A program made the translations under genes and the position numbers. Positions 9,782-20,142 of a stretch of 64,000 nt of DNA are shown piece after piece. Numbering within the stretch: the stretch's first letter is position 1; every line of letters starts with the position of its first letter. The stretch spans positions 2,144,001 to 2,208,000 of the forward strand of contig OY781066.1 of assembly GCA_963676395.1 (NCBI GenBank), in the 5' to 3' direction. The stretch comes from a bacterium. Lineage in GTDB: Bacteria > Fidelibacterota > Fidelibacteria > Fidelibacterales > Fidelibacteraceae. The notes below the pieces were generated by a model. That model saw only the letters and a program-made list of their open reading frames with translations. It was not told the origin of the DNA and searched no databases.

Positions 9782-10069
9782 TTATTCACTTAGATATGAT
9801 TTAATCATATCTACAACGCTTTCTTCGTCAACTACATCATAATAGATGAAGGTGCCTTTACGTTGTTTTTTGACAATACCCGCGTAGCGAATTTTTGTCA
9901 AATGCTGTGATACCGTAGCAGTTGGTACATCAACACAAGTTTCCAAGTTGTTGACATTTGTAGGACCGTTTTTAATCAGTCCGCGTAGGATCGCCAGGCG
10001 AATAGGATGAGCTATTGCCTTGAGGATCTCTGCCTTGCGTGCCAGGTAATTATAGTCGTTTTTACTCAT
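9782..10069 (-). CDS. ArsR/SmtB family transcriptional regulator
   Basis: LKAIAHPIRLAIL, TVSQHL, GIV..RKGTFIYY winged HTH. Confidence 0.92.
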   Translation of the reverse strand: MSKNDYNYLARKAEILKAIAHPIRLAILRGLIKNGPTNVNNLETCVDVPTATVSQHLTKIRYAGIVKKQRKGTFIYYDVVDEESVVDMIKSYLSE

Positions 10070-10104
10070 AGCAATTCCTCCCGTTATTGCTGTTAGTTGT
10101 AAAT

Positions 10105-10133
10105 AGTATAAAATATATTTTTAAAAAAAACAA
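10105..10133 (-). promoter_or_regulatory. Putative promoter of the ArsR gene
   Basis: Minus strand TTGTTT-N17-TATACT, flanked by inverted repeat ttgtaaata/tatttacaa. Confidence 0.45.
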
Positions 10134-10247
10134 TGGAAAAATCGTATTTACAATAACTTAGCTATTCTAAAAATATTGTTATATTTCTCTCGCTCTTATA
10201 CAATTTATGTTCTATTCAGTTTTCTATTGTCTCATTAATTATAATAA

Positions 10248-10338
<91 letters not shown>

Positions 10339-10515
10339 TTTGCTTTCAAAAAGCCAAGAAATTTAATATGCAATTTACTCTTTTACAATAGTTATTTAAG
10401 TAAATGTTAATCTTTGTGTTATTTTAAATCTAAAGGCTGGTAAATAAAGCTAAAAACTTATTTTTAACGTGGAAAAATGAATTTTATTTATAATAAAATT
10501 CATTTATATTTCACG

Positions 10516-13119
10516 ATGAGTAATAAAGCACAAACACCCCTAATGAAGCAGTATTTTGATGTTAAAGCAAAACATCCCGATAAGATCGTCCTATTTAGAA
10601 TGGGTGATTTCTATGAAACATTTGATAGCGATGCAAAAATAGCAGCAAAAGTCCTCAACATTGTTTTGACCAAACGCTCAAATGGGGCCGCATCAGACAT
10701 GCCGCTTGCCGGTTTTCCACATCATGCTCTTGATAATTATTTGCATGAATTGTTAAAGGCCGGTTTAAAAGTAGCCATTTGCGAACAACTTGAAGATCCC
10801 AAGAAAGCCAAGGGATTGGTTAAGCGTGGAATCACTGAAATTATAACCCCCGGTACCGCTGTAAATGATAAGTATTTGGATGCACGTAGTAACAATTATC
10901 TTGCTGCTTGGTTTCCCGATAAATTACAAAGTGCTTTTGCATTTGTTGATATCTCTACCGGTGAGTTTAAGTATATTAGTGCCTCCAATAAAAATATTGC
11001 GGAGTTGATTGAGGCAAAGCCTATCTCTGAATTACTAGTTCCCGAATCAGAAGAAATTAAGCTAAAAGCTATGGTGCCGCATTATAAAGGGATGTTTACT
11101 CGGATCCCTGATTGGGTTTGTGATCATTCTTATTCATCTGATATGATCAAATCACATTTTAAATCTTCAACACTAAAAGGATTTGGTATTGAAGAAAAGC
11201 CACAGTGCGTGCAAGCAGTCGGAATGATCTTACATTATGTAAAAGAAAACTTCCAAAAAAGATTGGCTCATATTAATTCTATTAGAGAAATGGATCCCGG
11301 TCACTTTCTAGGATTAGATCGTTTTACGATTCGAAATCTTGAACTTTTTCAACGTTTATCCGGCGAAAATGGAGCAGGTACTTTTATATGGGCGATAAAT
11401 GAAACTTTAACTGCTATGGGAGCAAGGCTTCTAAGGCAGTGGATATTTTACCCTCTGTTGAATAAAGAAAAGATCAATGATCGTTTAGAGCATGTAACAA
11501 CCTTTGTTGAAGATCAAAATGCATGTTTAAATATCAGAGACCTTTTAAAAGGTATTTCAGATATTGAACGTTTGTGCGCCAAAATAGCTTCCGGGAAGAT
11601 CGGTCCAAAAGAATTAAATTCTTTGAAAGATACAATAAAGTCAGTATTGCTTTTACCCGAAATGATTGATCCTAAGTTGAATTTTCAATTGGAGGAAGAC
11701 GAGCAATTACAGGTAATTATTGATATTATTGAAAAATCAATTAAAGAGGATCCCAATAATCAAGTGAATAAGGGTGGAGTATTTAAAGATGATTTTCATC
11801 CGGAGATCTTGGAATTACGAAAAATATCCAAGGGGGGGAAAGATATTCTTCTTGAGATCCAGGAAAGAGAAAGAAAAAGGCTTCAGATTCCGACCTTGAA
11901 AATATCCTATAATCGTGTTTTTGGATACTATATTGATGTTACCAGAGTACATTCGGATAAGGTACCCGAAGATTATATTCGTAAGCAGACTTTAGCCAAT
12001 TCGGAGCGGTATATTACTCAGGAATTAAAAGAATATGAAGATAAAATCTTAAATGCGGAAGATCGCCTTATCGCCTTGGAAGCAGAATTGTATTCAGAAC
12101 TTATTTCACAGCTTTCCGCATATATACGCCTTCTACAGACCAATGCTCAAAGAGTGGCTATGATAGACGTTCTATCTTCTTTCGCTCATTCTGCGCAACG
12201 TGAGCAATGGATTAGACCCATTGTGGATGAATCGTCTGTTCTTGAGATCAAAGGAGGTCGCCATCCGGTTGTTGAAGCACTATTACCACCACATGAATCT
12301 TTTATCCCCAATGATTCATATCTTGATCTTGAAAAAGAACAAATTCACCTAATAACCGGTCCAAATATGTCCGGTAAATCGACCTATCTCAGACAGATCG
12401 CATTGATCGTTTTGATGGCTCAAATGGGGTCATTCGTTCCTGCCGTTTCGGCACATATAGGGCTGGTAGATAAAATATTCACGCGAGTGGGAGCCAGTGA
12501 CAATCTCGCATTTGGTGAAAGTACGTTTTTAACGGAAATGATTGAGACGGCTAATATTCTAAATACAGCTACAAAACGTTCGTTGATTCTATTGGACGAA
12601 ATAGGTAGAGGTACAAGTACTTATGACGGGCTTTCCATCGCTTGGTCGGTTGTGGAATACTTGCATAATCAACCTGAAATTGCCGCTAGAACACTATTTG
12701 CAACACATTATCATGAATTGACTGATTTAGAAGAAATTTTACCGCGAGTTAAAAATTATAATGTACAGGTCAAGGAGTACTCAGATAAAGTGATTTTTTT
12801 AAGAAAGATCATCTCGGGGAGCACCGACAAAAGTTATGGTATATATGTCGCTCAAATGGCAGGCGTCCCCCAAGCTGTAGTTAAGCGTGCAAAAGAGATT
12901 CTTTATCATTTATCAGGTGCAGATCATACACTTCCGGATGGGAAAAATGTTCATACACCCGTTGTTGAACAAGAAAACATTGTACAGCTTGATATATTTT
13001 CTGCAAAAGACAGTGAATTGCATGCTGAGGTGAATGAATTGGATATTGATAATATGACTCCGGTAGAAGCTCTTTTTAAGCTACAAGAGCTTAAAAATAA
13101 AGCAAAAGGAAAAACTTAA
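10516..13119 (+). CDS. mutS: DNA mismatch repair protein MutS
   Basis: TPLMKQY, LFRMGDFYE, TGPNMSGKST, LDEIGRGTST, ATHYHEL; start taken at ATG 10516. Confidence 0.98.
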   Translation: MSNKAQTPLMKQYFDVKAKHPDKIVLFRMGDFYETFDSDAKIAAKVLNIVLTKRSNGAASDMPLAGFPHHALDNYLHELLKAGLKVAICEQLEDPKKAKGLVKRGITEIITPGTAVNDKYLDARSNNYLAAWFPDKLQSAFAFVDISTGEFKYISASNKNIAELIEAKPISELLVPESEEIKLKAMVPHYKGMFTRIPDWVCDHSYSSDMIKSHFKSSTLKGFGIEEKPQCVQAVGMILHYVKENFQKRLAHINSIREMDPGHFLGLDRFTIRNLELFQRLSGENGAGTFIWAINETLTAMGARLLRQWIFYPLLNKEKINDRLEHVTTFVEDQNACLNIRDLLKGISDIERLCAKIASGKIGPKELNSLKDTIKSVLLLPEMIDPKLNFQLEEDEQLQVIIDIIEKSIKEDPNNQVNKGGVFKDDFHPEILELRKISKGGKDILLEIQERERKRLQIPTLKISYNRVFGYYIDVTRVHSDKVPEDYIRKQTLANSERYITQELKEYEDKILNAEDRLIALEAELYSELISQLSAYIRLLQTNAQRVAMIDVLSSFAHSAQREQWIRPIVDESSVLEIKGGRHPVVEALLPPHESFIPNDSYLDLEKEQIHLITGPNMSGKSTYLRQIALIVLMAQMGSFVPAVSAHIGLVDKIFTRVGASDNLAFGESTFLTEMIETANILNTATKRSLILLDEIGRGTSTYDGLSIAWSVVEYLHNQPEIAARTLFATHYHELTDLEEILPRVKNYNVQVKEYSDKVIFLRKIISGSTDKSYGIYVAQMAGVPQAVVKRAKEILYHLSGADHTLPDGKNVHTPVVEQENIVQLDIFSAKDSELHAEVNELDIDNMTPVEALFKLQELKNKAKGKT

Positions 13120-13156
13120 AGAGAGATAAGAAAACTATTAAGATTTGAGGAATAAA

Positions 13157-13190
13157 TAAAAAGTCGAGAATTTTAAATCTCGACTTTTTT
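13157..13190. terminator. Bidirectional terminator
   Basis: aaaaaagtcgaga...tctcgactttttt between convergent genes. Confidence 0.85.
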
Positions 13191-13222
13191 ATATTATTGT
13201 TATGATGATGAACTTTTAATTA

Positions 13223-15127
13223 TTAAAAGAATCTAGCCCAATACAATTTTAAACCTGCTCCACTGATATTCTCGGTAAAAGAGAAGTCCTTATCATAGAG
13301 TCGTACAGTTAAGCCAAATTCGCTACCAAGACTTTGTAATCTAAGTCCTGCTTCAGAATAACGGTACTGACCTTTCTGAAATACCATTCCATTCAGGCTA
13401 ATAGCTTTTCCAAGAAAAATTTCAGCACCGTAAGAATAGTTTTGACCTGTATTGGAATTAATACCTTCTGTCAGATATTCCGAGTATGAGCCTTTAAGCA
13501 TAATTAACGATATTGGTTGATATTGAGCCGCAACATGGAATTTCATTCCTAAGGGGCGAGTGACCGAAGAATCTTCTAATATCGTATTTTCTTCTAGTAT
13601 GACCAGTGATTCAAGATCCATAGGATCATCGGAATTGAACATTTCAAGTAGATCGCCGGCCTCAGCTTCAAAACTGAACTCATTGATATATGCATTGTTC
13701 ATTGTTACAGATGCACCAATATCTTGTAAGCTTGCTTGGACGTCAATATAGTTCTTAAATATTCCAGGGAAAATTGGTATTAATCTGTTAAGCTTGAATC
13801 TCCAGGCAATACCAAGATCAAAACCTAAAGTTGGTGGCAGAAAAGTATTATGAAATTCATCTAAATCAGTCATACTGTATTGAAAATCAATTCCTCCACC
13901 TGGAACAATAGCTGTAAGTGTATCCATAAAGCTTAGAACCTGGGCTTTACCGCGCAATTGCGTGCTTTCTGTCCCCGGCTCAAGAGAAAGCTCGGAAATA
14001 TTTACACTGGAGAAAGCTCCCGCATAGGCATTGATCGAAGCTCCAAATCTCAGTTCACCCATGAACGCAGGTAATTCAAAATAGGAACCATACCCTGCGG
14101 ACAATTTAGAATATGTATTTACATTTACACCCATTTCTTCAGTCATAGAAAAAGGCTCCGCTACTGTAGATCCGTCGAAAATGAGTCCCCAAAATTCATT
14201 TGGGATTCTCATTCTTTCTTGTACAAAAAGTCCGGCATTTCCATAGACTGAACCACCTAAAAGATTTAATTTAAAACCAATTAAAGTCGGAATATTGATG
14301 TCTATTGGTATTTCTAAACCATTTTCACCTAGGTCGGCCAACATGCTGTCTTCCAATTCGGGGGTTAATAATTCACCGGTTGTAAGGTAATTATTCCAAA
14401 ACACTAAAGGTTTAACAGATGTTTTAACATCTAGGTTAATATTATTGATAGGAATGATAGAAAGTGAGCTGGGATACTCAGAACGCAGACCGAGGTTTGC
14501 CGTGCTTTCAAGAATGTTTCGAACCGGTCGATTTACCCGACTATGAATAATATCAGCACCATCCAAGGTGATTAATCTCATACGACTTTTTGGTTTTTTC
14601 TCAAGTCGTTTGACATAGATCTTTTGATTCCTGGTTTTAGGATTAGGTACTTCGATATATGGTTTGAAAAGTCGTTTTTTCTTCTCAACGATCGAATCAT
14701 TATCATTTGTACTTTCTTTGACCTTATCGGCTTTTTTTCCTTGTTTGTTTTTCTTGGTCTTATTTTCTTTTTCTGGTAGAGGTTTCGCAATAGTGACCTT
14801 TGGAGATGCAACAGATGCAGGAGTTATTGTGGGAGTGGGGAGGGGAGTCGGTGCACTTGTTTTTACAGGTATTACCGGCTTTGCTTCAGGTTTAGGGGGA
14901 TTATTAGTTTCTTCTTTTTTAAGCTCTTCCTTAACTCCAAGAATGGTCGTCGGCTTAGGAATATCTGGCTTTTTCTCCTCTTTTTTTGCAGGTGTGACCT
15001 GTTGGTCTTTATTTAGTGTTTTAATAAGGTCATTAAAGTAGTTTTCAGGTTTTTCCTCTTTCACTTCTTGAGCTGTCAGAGGAATGGTGAAACATATAAT
15101 GAGTAGTAATGCTATTATCCGTTTCAT
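13223..15127 (-). CDS. Secreted protein: Pro/Lys-rich N-terminus plus outer-membrane beta-barrel (DUF5723-like, tentative)
   Basis: Signal peptide; low-complexity P/K/E/T tract; NPVRN..STANLGL, LGFDLGIAW, ASLQDIG; ends LYWARFF. Confidence 0.6.
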   Translation of the reverse strand: MKRIIALLLIICFTIPLTAQEVKEEKPENYFNDLIKTLNKDQQVTPAKKEEKKPDIPKPTTILGVKEELKKEETNNPPKPEAKPVIPVKTSAPTPLPTPTITPASVASPKVTIAKPLPEKENKTKKNKQGKKADKVKESTNDNDSIVEKKKRLFKPYIEVPNPKTRNQKIYVKRLEKKPKSRMRLITLDGADIIHSRVNRPVRNILESTANLGLRSEYPSSLSIIPINNINLDVKTSVKPLVFWNNYLTTGELLTPELEDSMLADLGENGLEIPIDINIPTLIGFKLNLLGGSVYGNAGLFVQERMRIPNEFWGLIFDGSTVAEPFSMTEEMGVNVNTYSKLSAGYGSYFELPAFMGELRFGASINAYAGAFSSVNISELSLEPGTESTQLRGKAQVLSFMDTLTAIVPGGGIDFQYSMTDLDEFHNTFLPPTLGFDLGIAWRFKLNRLIPIFPGIFKNYIDVQASLQDIGASVTMNNAYINEFSFEAEAGDLLEMFNSDDPMDLESLVILEENTILEDSSVTRPLGMKFHVAAQYQPISLIMLKGSYSEYLTEGINSNTGQNYSYGAEIFLGKAISLNGMVFQKGQYRYSEAGLRLQSLGSEFGLTVRLYDKDFSFTENISGAGLKLYWARFF

Positions 15128-17255
15128 TGGTCACCCCCTGTCGTATCGGGAACCAGCTCATTGAGGTTAAGAGTACCCTCTGCTTGTATGTAGAGATCAA
15201 CGCTGACGGAATCCGTTGAAATGAATGTGGTTGGTTGACCATCATTACGACCATTTAATGAGGCTTCCAGATACAACCAATTAGAGTCCTGTGCACTGAC
15301 AAGGAAATCATAATCTTCTTTTGTAAGTGTCAGATACTGTGTTGTCGTATCAAGTGCCGGTAATTCCAACTCTGCAATGTTTTTACACAATCAATATATG
15401 TAGGATTGTTAAAATACATGGTATCATGCGCGGCATATACATTAAGATCTACACCAAACTGAAATGTATTATTTACCTTAGCTGTAAGTCTACCGGAAAA
15501 ATCATTCAAAAATGTAGGTAGGGTATCCATTGTAGATAATGCCATGTAGGGTAGTGGAAAGCCAATAGGTGTCGTGATCGTGAATTGCAAGGGAACTGCA
15601 ACTTCAATATCGACTCCCACATTTTGAGTTAATGCGAGATTGCCACTACCATCTAAAGAAACACCACCACCAAAGAACATTGAGTCAGGCATGAAATTAA
15701 TCAAGTCAGCCGCATTGGGAATTTCAATATGCGGATTACCTCCTGTTCCGGTGACCTGTTGGCTTATGGAGATTGTTGTTGAATCAGCACCACCGTTTTT
15801 GACGCCAACCAATTCAAGATCGAGCGTCATTGGTACGGTAATTGTACTTGAAACATCCAAAGTAAGAAGTACACTGGCTAATTCAATACCGCTGAATTCA
15901 TCAGGAATGATCTCACCGAGGTTAAACCCTTCAATGGCTGTTTGAGCCAATTCGAACTCAGTATCTGTAAATGTAGCATCCACTGATTTTATAGCGATAG
16001 GATCTCCCGGATTTTCACCATAGAAAGCGAATTCGATTTCGAATTCATCTGTTGATTCTATTTCCGCATACTGAGTGGGTGTTTTGATATATGCTGCATA
16101 ATTAAAGTCATCGGATAGATCTACAGACGCATTATTTAATGGGAAATTGTAGGTTTGAGAACCTTCGGAGGGGATAGTCAGCGAATCTGTATTAAAGGCT
16201 TGAACTCCCATATTGGCGGATGTATCTAAAGAGCTGAGTTCTAATAGTATTTTACCCGTGATAGGACTTGTATTATTGATGGTAATTGATACATGTGCCG
16301 GACCAAGATATACTTTATCTACGCTTAATCCGGGTTCGCTGATTGCACCTCCAAATGATATTGATGAACTTTCATTTAAAGTTTGAGGATCAATATTACC
16401 TTCTACCAAGCTGGCTTCAATATCAGAGATCGAACCACTAACATTAAATGAAGAGGTTCTCATAGCCGGAGAAACGGTTAATGTATCCGGATCTCCACCA
16501 TTCGCGGCAGCGTAACCTTTGGTAATGATCATGACAGCTGCAGGAAGTTCCAGTCCTGTAAGGGAAGCATTTTCTGTAGCTTCCGTTCCGGGAGTGATGG
16601 GGCTATTCCATTCCAATTTCAGGGTATCACCACCTGGATAGGTGATGGGAGTAGCGGAAGCCGAATCGTAGAACGTCATCGAGATTGGAGCACCCAAGTC
16701 ACAATACAGATCATTGTTGATACTAACTTCCAAATTTCCTGATGCCAATACTTGTCTTGACATTGGGAAATTGATATAAGTTGTATCAGGATCAAATTCA
16801 ATAGAATCTAAAGGGACATCTGTTCCGTCAGGTATTGAGCTAAGATCAATTAGTTCTTGCATCTCAATTGGGTTTGAAAGCGCTAAAACTTGTGTACTAT
16901 AACTGACCATTGTCATGGATTGAGATATGCTTGAGCTGACGGGGTCAACAGACATTCCCATATCCATATCAAAGTTTTCACTCATATCAAATCTAAAAAC
17001 GAACCAATCGGATTCACCTGAAGGATCATCGGGATAGGTTTCCCGCATATCATCCAAAGGAAGCTGATCTCCCGCATAAGATAGTAGAGTATCAAAATTG
17101 ATGCTTTGCGTTGTTACAAAGAATTCATATGGACCAACTGAAATCGCCGGGGGAACGATGGGTTGGTTTATATCGGGAATTCTAAACTCAAAACAGCCAC
17201 TAAGACCGATGAGGACAAGCAGAAGCAAGATTATACTTTTTCTTCCTTTTGTCAT
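15124..17255 (-). pseudogene. Large beta-rich lipoprotein (~710 aa if repaired) split by 1-nt frameshift at 15380-15384
   Basis: Lipobox LIGLSGC; ORFs 15330..17255 and 15124..15390 overlap; one extra A in GTAAAAAC gives a continuous frame whose stop overlaps the next start (ATGA). Confidence 0.7.
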
Positions 17256-17332
17256 AGTTATTTCCTCTATGTTATTATTTATACTTTTTTTAGGTATCTA
17301 AAATTATTTTGTTCCAAAGATATATGCAAGAT

Positions 17333-18181
17333 TTATAATAGTTTATTTATTGCTGATAATAAGGGCTTTGTTGCTTCTCGACCTGACTTGATCAATTGTA
17401 CAGATTTATCAAAATCAAACCACTTCAATCCCTTTGTATCAGGTTTGATCACTATATCAGCATATCCAAGTGAAAGATCAATAGAGCGATTTACAGTCAT
17501 GGCATTGGTAATCGTATCTACATCCAATGCGTGCCTGATCTTTTCAGGTTTTTCTCTTAAAGATATATCTACCGCAATAATAATATCGGCTCCCATGTCT
17601 TTAAGGGCCTTGGTGGGAACAACATCATGAGCTATGCCATCTACGTATAGGTCACCATCTATTTCAACAGGTTCCATCCACATAGGTAAGCTCATGCTGG
17701 CTTGAACCGCTTTGACTAAATCTCCACCCTTAAATTCAACACCTTTAGCTTGAGTGATATTTCCAGCAATCAATGCTAAGGGAAGTTTTAGGTCTGAAAA
17801 ACGGATGTTCCCAAAGATCTTCTTGAGGAAAGCTTCTGTTTTATCAGCTTTTAGAAATCCCATACGCTTGTGTAAGGCATAATTTACAACAGAGCCTTTT
17901 ATATCCTCAAAGTATGATATCCTTTTGGCACTTTTTGCTATACGATCCAATTGTAAAGATTTATATTCAGGCGATTCCTGGGCTTCAAAAAACAAACGAC
18001 TAATTTCTTTGCTGTCTGCTTTATAGGCGTACAGGGCCGCAATTACAGCTCCAATAGAAGTTCCGGCAAGCATATCAACATGAATACCATATTGCTCTAG
18101 AGTATAAAGTACACCCAAGTGAGAAATGCCTCGGGCACCACCGCCACCCAGTGCAAGACCTACTTTCTTTTTAGAGGACAT
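17333..18181 (-). CDS. Patatin-like phospholipase
   Basis: LGGGGARG, GTSIG (catalytic Ser), YVDGI (DGG variant). Confidence 0.92.
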   Translation of the reverse strand: MSSKKKVGLALGGGGARGISHLGVLYTLEQYGIHVDMLAGTSIGAVIAALYAYKADSKEISRLFFEAQESPEYKSLQLDRIAKSAKRISYFEDIKGSVVNYALHKRMGFLKADKTEAFLKKIFGNIRFSDLKLPLALIAGNITQAKGVEFKGGDLVKAVQASMSLPMWMEPVEIDGDLYVDGIAHDVVPTKALKDMGADIIIAVDISLREKPEKIRHALDVDTITNAMTVNRSIDLSLGYADIVIKPDTKGLKWFDFDKSVQLIKSGREATKPLLSAINKLL

Positions 18182-18182
18182 G

Positions 18183-19142
18183 TTATTCCTTTACGATGCT
18201 GACCCTCATAAAAACCGGTTCAAGGGGATTGTCTGCGCGATCTCGCTGAACATTCGCGATTTTGGCTATGATGGAAGTACCTTCAATGATCTCACCGAAT
18301 ACAGTGTACTGACCATCAAGGAAAGTTGGAGAACCATCACAAATAAAGAACTGAGATCCTGCTGAATTTGGATCTGGAGTTCTTGCCATTGAAACGATAC
18401 CGGTTGTATGTGAGATGTCATTAAACTCAGCATTTATAGTATATCCGGGACCGCCCATACCATCTGTACTGCGGTCTCCGTCGCGGGAATTAATATCACC
18501 ACCCTGGATCATAAAGCCAGGTATAACACGATGGAATTTTACACCATCATAATATCCGCTTTTGGCTAATCGTTTGAAATTCGCACAGTGATTGGGTGCT
18601 TTTTCGGGGAGAAATTTCATTTTCATTACTCCAAAGCGAGTTTCAATAATTGCGACCTCGTTTTTCTCAACAGGTACGGCTTCGGTTGCCGCAAGATTAG
18701 CAAGCACAGTATCAATTTCAACAGGATCGAGTGCGCGGGTTAATTCTTTTAGTTCTTCTTGAGCTTCCGTAAGAAAAGCTTCACCACTATATTTTCCATC
18801 AGGGTATGCTTCAATATAATCTGGAACGGCAAAAATACTTTCTTTTGCACGTTGAAATGCTAATTCTTCGATCTTTTCTTTAGTTTTTTCCACGTATTTA
18901 CCCTCCGGGTATTTTGCTAAATAACGCAAGCAGGAGGCTTCGTCATTTGCGTGTTTATAGTAAATATCCTCCAGTTTGATTGAGGCTTTGTCTTTGTATT
19001 TATCGGAATCTGTTGTTTTAATATACTTAGCTATCTTTCTGGGGTTTTTAGTTTTTATCACTTTTCGATATTCCGTATAGTCTTTGGAACATGAAGCGAG
19101 CAGTAGTATCAGGGTTAAGGCAAGAATGATGTTGCGTTTCAA
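18183..19142 (-). CDS. Lipoprotein cyclophilin-type peptidyl-prolyl isomerase with N-terminal helical repeats
   Basis: Lipobox LLASC; FHRVIPGFMIQGGD, SAGSQFFI, LDGQYTVFG; YPxGKY repeats. Confidence 0.92.
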   Translation of the reverse strand: MKRNIILALTLILLLASCSKDYTEYRKVIKTKNPRKIAKYIKTTDSDKYKDKASIKLEDIYYKHANDEASCLRYLAKYPEGKYVEKTKEKIEELAFQRAKESIFAVPDYIEAYPDGKYSGEAFLTEAQEELKELTRALDPVEIDTVLANLAATEAVPVEKNEVAIIETRFGVMKMKFLPEKAPNHCANFKRLAKSGYYDGVKFHRVIPGFMIQGGDINSRDGDRSTDGMGGPGYTINAEFNDISHTTGIVSMARTPDPNSAGSQFFICDGSPTFLDGQYTVFGEIIEGTSIIAKIANVQRDRADNPLEPVFMRVSIVKE

Positions 19143-19290
19143 GATTATCTCCTTTTCATTCGAATTTATGAGTAAAAATAATGAAAAATAGGCATCTGTC
19201 CTAAATAAAAAAGTGTTAGAAAGTATGTGATATCTTCTTTATGATAAAATTAGACTTTACCGTGTTTATATTTTCGCTAATGATTATGTA

Positions 19291-20076
19291 TTATGCCAAA
19301 ACTATCTTTTCACTGATTACATATTGCTTTGCAAGATTAATTGGAAGATCGATACCATGCTCTTTAAAATACTTTTGGTAAGTTTTAAGTACGATTTTTT
19401 CACTGTTATTGTTCTCACTTAAATGAGCGAGGGTCAGATGTTTTAGTTTGCCTCTACTGATAATCTCAATGGCAGCTTGTGCAGATTGATCATTTGAAAG
19501 GTGTCCAAGATCTGATTTTATTCTTTGTTTGATCTTTTCGGGATAATTCGGATTCATCTTTAGCATAAGCAGATCGTGATTGGCTTCTAAAACCAGAGCG
19601 TCCACTTTTTTCATATTTACTGCGACCAATTTGTTCATTTTCCCTATGTCCGTAACAATGGCAGCAGTATGAATACCGTCTTCTACAGAAAAACAAACTG
19701 GCTCGACAGTATCATGAGTTACCAACATCGGGTGAATATTCAGATCCAGAAGATCAAAGGCCTTGCCGGTCTCAAAAAAACGGATGTCATTGATCTCGTC
19801 CAATTTATATTTTTCTCTCGCCGATTTGTAACAGGCTTCATTCATATATACCGGAATATTATAGCGCTTTGCAAATACCCTTACTCCACCGATATGATCA
19901 CCGTGTTCGTGAGTTATACAAAGAGCAGAGATATCATCAGGATTATAATCGGCATTTTCTAGCCTTAGGGCTAATTGTTTAGCCGAGAGTCCTGCATCAA
20001 TCAGGATTTTTGTTGATGCACTTTCAATAAGATAGGAATTACCTTTTGAGCCGCTGGCAAGGGGAGTGATGATCAT
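19291..20076 (-). CDS. MBL-fold metallo-hydrolase (YycJ/WalJ-like)
   Basis: LASGSKGN, THEHGDH, LEANHD, GHLSN, LAHLSENNN. Confidence 0.92.
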   Translation of the reverse strand: MIITPLASGSKGNSYLIESASTKILIDAGLSAKQLALRLENADYNPDDISALCITHEHGDHIGGVRVFAKRYNIPVYMNEACYKSAREKYKLDEINDIRFFETGKAFDLLDLNIHPMLVTHDTVEPVCFSVEDGIHTAAIVTDIGKMNKLVAVNMKKVDALVLEANHDLLMLKMNPNYPEKIKQRIKSDLGHLSNDQSAQAAIEIISRGKLKHLTLAHLSENNNSEKIVLKTYQKYFKEHGIDLPINLAKQYVISEKIVLA

Positions 20077-20103
20077 GATTTGTTTTTATCCTTATTAGAG
20101 AAA

Positions 20104-20133
20104 TGTAGAGAAATCAAATTTTGGGTCTCTACA
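20104..20133. repeat. Degenerate REP-like palindrome
   Basis: tgtagaga-aatcaaattttggg-tctctaca. Confidence 0.65.
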
Positions 20134-20142
20134 AGGCCATTA

